Virus record (IMG/VR): IMGVR_UViG_3300020180_000010
Location: 1 to 64,000 of that record
Length of the DNA stretch: 64,000 nt
DNA from: a virus
Strand: one strand, 5' to 3'
Part shown: piece after piece, positions 56,298 through 64,000 of the stretch
Numbering within the stretch: position 1 is the stretch's first letter
Layout: each line of letters starts with the position of its first letter
The notes under the pieces: model-generated
Told to the model about the DNA's origin: nothing
Seen by the model: only the letters and a program-made list of their open reading frames with translations
The model's database searches: none
Position numbers and translations under genes: made by a program

Positions 56298-56326
56298 AAA
56301 CTATTAGACAAGTCAATGTTGTGATT

Positions 56327-57007
56327 TTACCGTAGCCATTTAGCCCGAAATTTAGCTTTTGAGCTAAGATAAAGATCGCTCAGTCCTACAGAACGACTCG
56401 TGACTCGTCCAAAATGCACCACCGGAACCGGAACAATTTTTAACCCGATTCCTAAATCTCTAGCTCGGAACGAAAGATCAGTATCCTCATGATAAGCTTT
56501 TCCGAACTCATTCGTAAATGGCCCGAGTGACCCAGGCATGATAAGATCTTTCCAAACCGAAGCATTTGCTGAAATATTCCATCCAGAAATATAATGGTTC
56601 TTCGTTACGACATGATCGGTCTCAGATATGAATTCTAATGTATCGCTCATATTTCCGATAGTCGGTCCTGCCAGACATCTATCCTGACAAGCTTCTAATA
56701 TCGGCACGGTCCAATCGGAATGGTTAGATTGGACCCTAATATCATTATTTAAAAACATTATAGAATTACCCGTTGCAGCGTTATACCCTGTACCACAACC
56801 ATCTGCGAATCCTAAATTTGTTTCATTCCGAATATAAACAAAATTATCTTTTCGAATCTGATCAAGAGATCTAGTCTGATCAGTACTTCCGTTATCAACG
56901 ATAATTATCTGATGATCCGGAGGAAGATGAAAAAGATCATCCAGACAAGATTTAGTGAAATTATACTGATTCAACACCGGAACAACAATACTTAATTTAT
57001 AAATCAC
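56327..57007 (-). CDS. GT2 glycosyltransferase
   Basis: SIVVPV.N, VDNGSTD, NLGF, FLNND, EDTDLSFR; GTGA-coupled start. Confidence 0.9.
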   Translation of the reverse strand: MIYKLSIVVPVLNQYNFTKSCLDDLFHLPPDHQIIIVDNGSTDQTRSLDQIRKDNFVYIRNETNLGFADGCGTGYNAATGNSIMFLNNDIRVQSNHSDWTVPILEACQDRCLAGPTIGNMSDTLEFISETDHVVTKNHYISGWNISANASVWKDLIMPGSLGPFTNEFGKAYHEDTDLSFRARDLGIGLKIVPVPVVHFGRVTSRSVGLSDLYLSSKAKFRAKWLR

Positions 57008-58074
57008 GTTACCAACTTCATAATTTGATCCGTAACAGAGCGCCACGAATATCGTTCCGTAGATATACCGGCGACTCTAGCTTTCAGAGCAGACAAATTC
57101 GCTACGGCGAAACGTAGCCGATCCACCGCATCATTCAGATCCGGTTCAAACCAATACGTACTTGGTTTGGCTTCATAATACAGAGCCCTTGCTGGTGCCG
57201 GTACTATCTTCCCACCAATCAGAATAGAATTATCATCATTTAAAAAGTCAAGTTGTCCTCCGTATCGAGGAGCCACGACAACATTTCCAGCTACCAATGC
57301 TTCCAAACCAGGTACCCAGTACGCTTCGCAGTGACTCATTGTGAACGTCACGTCACATGCCTTGTAAAGAGAACTGATCTGCGGAATAAATTCGGTTATG
57401 AGTTCCAATTCTGCATGTTCTGGATAATGTTTATAGAAACTAGACAGATCTTTCTGTATATCAATATCAAAGCTCATTGCTGGTCTGGCTAGTGTGGTCT
57501 TCAATACCAAAACAACATCATCACGTTTCGTAAATGCCATCCCGAAACACTTAAGTAACCCAGTAATGTTTTTACGCAAATGTGGCTGAGCAATATTTGC
57601 GAGAATTTTTACTTTTTTCTTTGTTTTGAGAGGATAGGGCTCGGTACATGGAATATCAGCGCCATGAGGGATCACTTTAATATGCTGATCCGGAACGCCT
57701 GAATCAATAAAGATCTGTTTTGAAAAATTAGAAGGTGCTAATATCAAATCAGTATATTTATAATTTTTAGCAAATCCTGTCGGTAATGCATTCTTTCCAG
57801 CAAATTCATAACACCAGATTCCAAATCTATTTTTAGTGCCATGCTTCAAAAACATAGGAAAATTTTTCATAGCTGTATAAGTCAACTGTACTGAATAATC
57901 TTCCGACGATGGCTTACCTTTCAAATAAGGCTTGAGGTCATCCGGAATAAATTCCGTACCATTCGTACTGATCAGATCCACCGAATAACCAGCCCTGATC
58001 AACTCCGTACTGATGCTTCGAGCAACAGTGCTCCAACTATGATTCTTGCCAATATATCCCTGCCATTTAATCAT
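57004..58074 (-). CDS. GT4 glycosyltransferase
   Basis: APSNFSK, VIPHG, RKN, EAYWVPGLEA, GG.LDF; GAGGAG RBS. Confidence 0.88.
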   Translation of the reverse strand: MIKWQGYIGKNHSWSTVARSISTELIRAGYSVDLISTNGTEFIPDDLKPYLKGKPSSEDYSVQLTYTAMKNFPMFLKHGTKNRFGIWCYEFAGKNALPTGFAKNYKYTDLILAPSNFSKQIFIDSGVPDQHIKVIPHGADIPCTEPYPLKTKKKVKILANIAQPHLRKNITGLLKCFGMAFTKRDDVVLVLKTTLARPAMSFDIDIQKDLSSFYKHYPEHAELELITEFIPQISSLYKACDVTFTMSHCEAYWVPGLEALVAGNVVVAPRYGGQLDFLNDDNSILIGGKIVPAPARALYYEAKPSTYWFEPDLNDAVDRLRFAVANLSALKARVAGISTERYSWRSVTDQIMKLVT

Positions 58075-58078
58075 AGTG

Positions 58079-58096
58079 CTCCTCATGAGTGAGGAG
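58079..58096 (-). promoter_or_regulatory. hairpin sequestering the GT4 ribosome binding site
   Basis: CTCCTCA-CTCA-TGAGGAG then CACT-ATG on the minus strand. Confidence 0.55.
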
Positions 58097-58119
58097 GTGA
58101 TGTCGTCAAATGATCTGGA

Positions 58120-61100
58120 CTATAATCCCAGCAAACTAGTCAGCTTGGAAGCATCGACATTTACGAAATTATTATTAAATCCAGACTTTTTCAAATACAC
58201 TTGAATCTGTACTTTTGTATTGAGACTGAGTTTCGTAGGATCTTTCAGTAAATAAGCGAAGTTCATACGCAACAGCCCTGATACATAATCGATATGTAGA
58301 CCCATTCGATGATCCACTATGACTCCTGAGTACCCATCAGTACTGACTCCTGCCAGGTCTGCATAGAATGATTGAATGGATGCCGAGAACCTTACCTGAT
58401 TCTGAGCCGTTGCGGTGAGACTCGGAACAAAGCTGCAATCGGAGAACTTCATCGCCGGATATCCGATCCGAGTCACACCGGACCCCGGTACAACCTCTGC
58501 AACGAAATCTGTAAAGATATTTATGGTCTTCTCTGTCAAAAACAGTATCGTCGGAACCTCTAGTACAATCGTCCCGATCTCCAGATCCATCTTGTATAGA
58601 GACCCATCCTTATTCTGAAGCGTCTCTCCGATAATTAGATTGTTAGGAATGAAGAAGTCATTTCGACCAGGATCCGTCCCGGCCAGAACAGGATATGCTC
58701 CGCATTCAACCTGTTTCGGCTCACAGGACCGGAGTGGAGTCGATACGGCCCCGCTAAATGTACAGGCGACCAATTTGCCCTGACCATTCGTCATGATCAA
58801 ATCATCACTCCAAGTTAATGTCTTGATGATATTTAGAGTGCTGGGAGTGGTAGTGTAGTTCCGAGCAGCAAGACTCGTATCGCTCAATACAATATCCACC
58901 CTTGGATGTAGAATCGTTGCTCTGTTCGCGATATTGTAAGGATAATCGTCAGATCGATCAACCAAACGCTCCAATTGAAGCTTCATTACTTTGAATGGTG
59001 TTCCGATACGGTTTCCAGGTGACGTGGTGATGGGTACCGGAGCAATCTTTTCTACATACTGTGTCAACAGCGACACATCACCCACGCCTACCGTTCCGTT
59101 ACCATCAATATCTGATCTTAGAATTCTCAGATAGGTCTCGCTATCAGTATAGAATTTTCTGATACGTATGTTTGTTCCGTTCTGAACAAATATAATATCA
59201 AAGGTACCGATATTAACTGTATCAAACGATCCCGTCACGACAACTTTGTACGTCAGTATATTCGTGATACCGGTAAATACCGCGCTGGCATCAGTAATCG
59301 TGGCCTCGATACCACTCGGTAAAACCGTGAGTGTACATATACCGCTATAAATAACCGTCAACGTCGTGGCATCGTATATATTGTACGTAACGCCTGAATT
59401 GGTTACGAAATAGTTCGTATCGGTAAGATATTTTGCAATCGTGGGTGACGAACCGACACTCTTCCCTAAGAGTCCCGTCGCGAGTGCCAAATCCGCATCA
59501 TCAACAATTCCATTCCCGTCTACATCTCCGTAGAGCATCGTACATATTTCAGCTTTACCGATTCTGTACTGTATATTTGGAAGTGTAGTGTTGGGGATGA
59601 GTCTAGCGCCGATCAAATCACCATTATTGAATGCAGTTACCAGATTAACATTTATATTAGGATCGGTATTATCATCAATTATTTTGATCAGTAGTTCATT
59701 TTTAAATATAGTTGATTGATTTATTTTTGAAACTATGGTTGCATTCGAGATATCGATACTTTTTACATTTCGATCCTGAATGGTTGCGATGGTAAGTGGT
59801 TCTGTCGTTAGTTTTCGCTGGTCTAGTTCATCTGGCAACAAAAGTTCAATTTTCGGAACTGTTTGTTTTCTAGAAAATACTGGATTTCCGGTTCGCTGAT
59901 CCTGTACCGTACCGGATTCTTCAGTAGCAGCGCTGATCGTTGCGATAAATTTTCTAGTCGTGGTGAATGAGATATTGTTCTGACTCCAATCCTCAATAAT
60001 CCCGGTCATTGGATCGGGTTTAGTTTTAGGTATGGTGATTCCGAACCCAGCATCATACGCCTGACCATCCGAGACTTTTATCGCATCCGACCAAATCTGA
60101 AACCACAGATCTTCTTCTTTAATATCTGCCCATACCGAGCCATTAAATATCGTAACGTGAGAGTCGTTTATTTTATTGGATGCGGCAGCCGTTAATATGT
60201 TACATTTATCTGCGGAACCGGCTCGCTTCAATGTCCAGGCATAATAACTTCCAACGGTCAATCCACCATTCGCAACATTCGTATTACTGAATAGAAAGTC
60301 AATAGGCTGGAGATACCCGTCCAGAGCAGAACCGGCAGTCTGAAGCGTAGCGAAATTTAGAGACGCTTGCGCCAGAGGTATATTGGTGGGCGAAAAATCA
60401 ATCGCCAACTGCGGAACAATATCCGTACTACAGGCTACGCTGGATTGAAGCGCATACAGACTCAATACTAAATCACCTGTCCAGCTTAGATCGCTCGGAG
60501 TTACATCGTTTTCAACAGATAAAAGAACTGTTATCTTTTGAATGTTATTGCTGGTAGCTGCAAATTTCTGCCCAATCTGCGTCACGACATCGTTTCGTGG
60601 TAGCTTCCGAAGCTGACGATAGCTCGTTGATATGCCGAGACTATCAACGTTGTATCCGGGTACTGCTGCTTGTAAGAGCGTGAATAGTGAGCTGTAAGCC
60701 GGGTCAATAAAAAAATCTCTGAAAAATAAATTAGGCTCGATGTCCTGGGCTAATGATTTTGCATCCCTGGATACCGAAACCGGTGATGACTCACGAATCA
60801 GTACTGTACCGCCTAGATTAAATGATTTATCTTCCGCTCCTAATAAATCATTAAACAGTATCGAGACTATATGTATATAATGTTTTGATGTTGTTTGTTT
60901 TTCATTCTTTTTAAATACAAATGTATCGTATTGAATATTATTATTAAGATCCAATCCTATCACGCATACTTTAACGGTTTTCTTTCCAAAAACAGCAGAT
61001 CTGCTCAGTTCTACTTCCAGCTGTACTCCGGTTTGAGTATCAGATGGTTGCTTCTGCGTCAGAATGGGTTTCCCATCCAGCAGACCTACGGTGAGGCTTG

Positions 61101-61281
61101 AGTCGAAAAGAACGGGCTGAGAAAGAACCGCCGGAAGGATTCCGGAACCAAAATGGTTCTGGATGGTGGCGGAATTAATCTGATCGTTAAAAGTTTGTTC
61201 GTCTAGAAGATCATTCGAATCTACCTGTTGTGAATCAAACCACGTATTTTGAAAAGCTGAAACAGGTAGTCTTTTTGTCAT
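58120..61281 (-). CDS. large virion structural protein with two dockerin/EF-hand-like loops
   Basis: WFD.Q.V...DL..EQ N-terminus; GDVDGNGIVDDADL and SDIDGNGTVGVGDV. Confidence 0.65.
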   Translation of the reverse strand: MTKRLPVSAFQNTWFDSQQVDSNDLLDEQTFNDQINSATIQNHFGSGILPAVLSQPVLFDSSLTVGLLDGKPILTQKQPSDTQTGVQLEVELSRSAVFGKKTVKVCVIGLDLNNNIQYDTFVFKKNEKQTTSKHYIHIVSILFNDLLGAEDKSFNLGGTVLIRESSPVSVSRDAKSLAQDIEPNLFFRDFFIDPAYSSLFTLLQAAVPGYNVDSLGISTSYRQLRKLPRNDVVTQIGQKFAATSNNIQKITVLLSVENDVTPSDLSWTGDLVLSLYALQSSVACSTDIVPQLAIDFSPTNIPLAQASLNFATLQTAGSALDGYLQPIDFLFSNTNVANGGLTVGSYYAWTLKRAGSADKCNILTAAASNKINDSHVTIFNGSVWADIKEEDLWFQIWSDAIKVSDGQAYDAGFGITIPKTKPDPMTGIIEDWSQNNISFTTTRKFIATISAATEESGTVQDQRTGNPVFSRKQTVPKIELLLPDELDQRKLTTEPLTIATIQDRNVKSIDISNATIVSKINQSTIFKNELLIKIIDDNTDPNINVNLVTAFNNGDLIGARLIPNTTLPNIQYRIGKAEICTMLYGDVDGNGIVDDADLALATGLLGKSVGSSPTIAKYLTDTNYFVTNSGVTYNIYDATTLTVIYSGICTLTVLPSGIEATITDASAVFTGITNILTYKVVVTGSFDTVNIGTFDIIFVQNGTNIRIRKFYTDSETYLRILRSDIDGNGTVGVGDVSLLTQYVEKIAPVPITTSPGNRIGTPFKVMKLQLERLVDRSDDYPYNIANRATILHPRVDIVLSDTSLAARNYTTTPSTLNIIKTLTWSDDLIMTNGQGKLVACTFSGAVSTPLRSCEPKQVECGAYPVLAGTDPGRNDFFIPNNLIIGETLQNKDGSLYKMDLEIGTIVLEVPTILFLTEKTINIFTDFVAEVVPGSGVTRIGYPAMKFSDCSFVPSLTATAQNQVRFSASIQSFYADLAGVSTDGYSGVIVDHRMGLHIDYVSGLLRMNFAYLLKDPTKLSLNTKVQIQVYLKKSGFNNNFVNVDASKLTSLLGL

Positions 61282-61319
61282 GATGGTCTCGGATCAATGC
61301 GTCGTGCCGATATTGGATC

Positions 61320-64000
61320 TTACTTATAGCTAATAAATACTCTAGAATTGGCTGGTTTTAAAGTTTTGATCAATGCTTCCAACACCTCCCGTACACGATC
61401 GCTATTCCGTACTATATCAAAACTGTCAATAATTCCAAGAGAAAAATCAAATAAACCAAAATCTTTATTTTTTAAGAGTGCAAAATCAGTATTTTTTTCA
61501 AGTAAACTATCTTGATCTAAAAGATATGTTGTGAAAAGATCCGTCGTAACGGGATACGCAGCGTTTATATTTTTATTATAATGAACATCAATAGATTCGC
61601 CAAACGCCAAATATGTTGGCCTGGCCGTATTGCTGATTCTTAAATTATCCAACAAACATCCTGCCATGAATTGACCCGTATGATCCGAACCCACTACAAA
61701 TTCATTTATCGGATCTCTAAAGTTAATATTTGCTGATATGTTGCCTCCTCCCACAAAAGACTGACCCAGAACATAATTTTGACCAAATAATAAACCAGAA
61801 CCGAACAAAATATTACCCCGTTCGAACCCATCCACAAAAAGTCTTATCTGGTCTATATTCTTACCTTGATTAAATCGCCAAACCGCTTTAACTCTATGCC
61901 AAGTACCCTGTGACCAAAATATCGGAACTTGTATTTTATAATCAGTTCCGTTCGCACGTACCAAGAAATTTAAAAACCCATAAGGATCCTTAAATATACT
62001 TAACCTGTCTCCCTTTAATCCATTCGGAACATACGTTACCGAACATAGTTCTTCATGCCGTGGTAATGGCCTTTTTAGCTTTATTGTATTTCCCTGTACG
62101 GTCCCGCCTCCGGTAAAATAATCCATAACCAAACCATTTTTAGGCTTGACACTCAGAACATTCGACGCCGTACCCTTGATTTTGACAGTTGTTGAATTAA
62201 TACTTACGGTCTCTTCTGTCTGGATTCCCGTGGCATCGAAATAAAAACGATACGCTGGATCTTTAAATGTATCGATCAGCGGTGATACCCAGAACTCAAT
62301 CGTCCCGTCTGTCTTTGTATTAAGAATTCCATCATTCTGTACAATAAATGGCTTGTCACGAAGCGATAGACTCTGCCCAAATGTTTCATTTGGACTCCTT
62401 CCGGCCTGGATAACTCCATGCTTTCGAAATACATAATAATCAGCAGCATTGCTGAGAGTCGTTTCATCCAGATGCAACAATACAAGTGTTGTACTGGTTT
62501 TGGAAAGCTGTTTTACCTGATTGTATTGCTTAGTAATGTTTCCATTTATACTTTCTTTGCCGATCTCGCCGATCCTGGTATCGGTCATGATGATTGATTT
62601 TATTTGAATTTCATCAAGAATTGCATTTGCCTGCAATTTACCATTTAGATCAGATCCGAAATAGATGTTACCATGGACCGGATCCATTCGGATCGGTATG
62701 TATGATTCATAATCAAATTCATACTGGCCTTTAGTTAACGCGTATGGTTGTTTAGGCTGATCCGCTCGTTCAAACGTAAAGAACCCGTTCTGTAGACCTG
62801 AACGTTCCGTCGTGACGTTTAGAATCTGATACGTCGCTCCGCTGAACGCGCTGATCGTACCATCCACAACTGCTGTTTTTCGATCTTCAGTTACCGACAG
62901 TACACGGTAATAACCTGCCGGACCTGCCGTAAAGATTTGAATATAGTTACCAACATCAATGCTGGAAAAATTACCATTCGGATCCGTAACAGTATTGCCA
63001 CTTCCGGATAATGTCGTTCCGAGAAATACTTGATAAGAAAAACGAATCACCGGAACCAAAGTGCTATTTTCAGCCGTAGTGATACTGTATCGCTCACGCA
63101 CCGCCACGACACCCGCAGGAATCGCTAAATCAATCGGCTTGACCGTTACAGATATTCCCTGTACTGAATTGTATTTATTTACAGTATAGAGATATGTATT
63201 ACTATTGAAGGTAAGGATCTCGGAAGTCGGTGTGATCCCGACCATTCCGGAAACTGTAATCGTTACCGGAACTGACCAATCTACATTGGACCCGCTCCAA
63301 TTTACCTGAAGTGTTCTGCCGGTATCCGACAATACTGGCTGATCCGGTAGGATTGTACTGGATACGAAGCTTCCAAGATTAACGGTACTGTTATCTGGAC
63401 CGATAACAGTACTCGCGAGTAGTATTTTAAATATCTTGACATCATCCAGACTGATCGGCGGAGGAAGTCTCGTAGCCAAAACATTTTGTGTATCTGACCA
63501 ACAATAATAAGACTGTCGGTTTCGTCTGAAATTCAGACCAAATGATTTGATCCGTACCAAGTCTCCTTGCTTCCCACCATTCAGCAATACAAGATTCGGC
63601 TGTAACGTACCATCGTTCGCCAGTATTCTTTCGATTCGGTAATATGGTATTATAGCTCTTATGCCGGGAATTTCTTGATCCGTATCCTTATAAAGGTAAA
63701 AAAGTAAAGATGTTCCGGTAGGAGGAGGTCTATTCAGTTTCAAATACCCAGCCGCGACCTTCGTAACAACATAATGCGGAGCTGCACCGATCGTCTCGAT
63801 CCGTACCAAATCTCCAACCTCAACTCCAACAATAATGAAATTTGTGGAACTGGATGCGATATATTCTGAATTCGTAACAACACCATCTGTATTGCTGAAA
63901 TAAGAATGTAGAAGTGTTACGGCGATATTCTTATAGGCATCAATTTTGGTGCTAACTGGTATAGTTGTACGGTTTACGCAGTATTGTCCTTGCGTGATGC
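61320..64000 (-). CDS. large virion protein with LamG/ConA-like domains (5' truncated by window edge)
   Basis: GTIEFWVSP, WHRVKAVW, LFVDG, LDNLRIS; frame stays open to the window end. Confidence 0.7.
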   Translation of the reverse strand, partial: ITQGQYCVNRTTIPVSTKIDAYKNIAVTLLHSYFSNTDGVVTNSEYIASSSTNFIIVGVEVGDLVRIETIGAAPHYVVTKVAAGYLKLNRPPPTGTSLLFYLYKDTDQEIPGIRAIIPYYRIERILANDGTLQPNLVLLNGGKQGDLVRIKSFGLNFRRNRQSYYCWSDTQNVLATRLPPPISLDDVKIFKILLASTVIGPDNSTVNLGSFVSSTILPDQPVLSDTGRTLQVNWSGSNVDWSVPVTITVSGMVGITPTSEILTFNSNTYLYTVNKYNSVQGISVTVKPIDLAIPAGVVAVRERYSITTAENSTLVPVIRFSYQVFLGTTLSGSGNTVTDPNGNFSSIDVGNYIQIFTAGPAGYYRVLSVTEDRKTAVVDGTISAFSGATYQILNVTTERSGLQNGFFTFERADQPKQPYALTKGQYEFDYESYIPIRMDPVHGNIYFGSDLNGKLQANAILDEIQIKSIIMTDTRIGEIGKESINGNITKQYNQVKQLSKTSTTLVLLHLDETTLSNAADYYVFRKHGVIQAGRSPNETFGQSLSLRDKPFIVQNDGILNTKTDGTIEFWVSPLIDTFKDPAYRFYFDATGIQTEETVSINSTTVKIKGTASNVLSVKPKNGLVMDYFTGGGTVQGNTIKLKRPLPRHEELCSVTYVPNGLKGDRLSIFKDPYGFLNFLVRANGTDYKIQVPIFWSQGTWHRVKAVWRFNQGKNIDQIRLFVDGFERGNILFGSGLLFGQNYVLGQSFVGGGNISANINFRDPINEFVVGSDHTGQFMAGCLLDNLRISNTARPTYLAFGESIDVHYNKNINAAYPVTTDLFTTYLLDQDSLLEKNTDFALLKNKDFGLFDFSLGIIDSFDIVRNSDRVREVLEALIKTLKPANSRVFISYK

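Noticed and set aside
1-64000. Stop-codon reassignment, introns or inteins
   Set aside because: Conserved genes (nrdA, nrdB, dnaB, thyA, nadV) are full length and uninterrupted in the standard code, and all three stops end genes.
1-64000. Eukaryotic giant-virus or cellular origin
   Set aside because: Sigma70, IF-1, DnaB/DnaC, Shine-Dalgarno sites, coupled operons and fibre genes, with no cellular housekeeping operons, fit a large bacteriophage.

Overview
This 64 kb window looks like a gene-dense fragment of a large (jumbo-type) tailed bacteriophage genome, read with the standard genetic code. It encodes nucleotide and cofactor metabolism (dut, thyA, folA, dCMP deaminase, IMPDH/GMPR, nrdAB, and the NMNAT-Nudix plus NAMPT pair of NARP2 type). 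Replication and expression genes include DnaB, a DnaC-like loader, a UvsW-like helicase, two DEDDh exonucleases, a sigma70, IF-1, MetAP, an RNA ligase and PIN-PhoH. Also present are a tubulin/FtsZ homolog, a SET-domain protein, a glycosylation cluster next to large virion genes, and two paralogous three-gene fibre cassettes. I saw no tRNA, rRNA, CRISPR array, integrase or reverse transcriptase. Three unexplained signals stand out. (1) About 11 small orphan proteins from at least 8 unrelated families, scattered among core genes, end in the same register [KR]-[LMFY]-x-x-[LI]-x-stop, which suggests a C-terminal sorting signal. (2) A covarying twin-hairpin leader with identical 25-nt loop spacing precedes both NAD-salvage genes and displays the Shine-Dalgarno in a loop. 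(3) Four dispersed HREDGPA-repeat genes share near-identical repeat modules in different orders. All calls are by eye from motifs; no database searches were run, so novelty is unverified.
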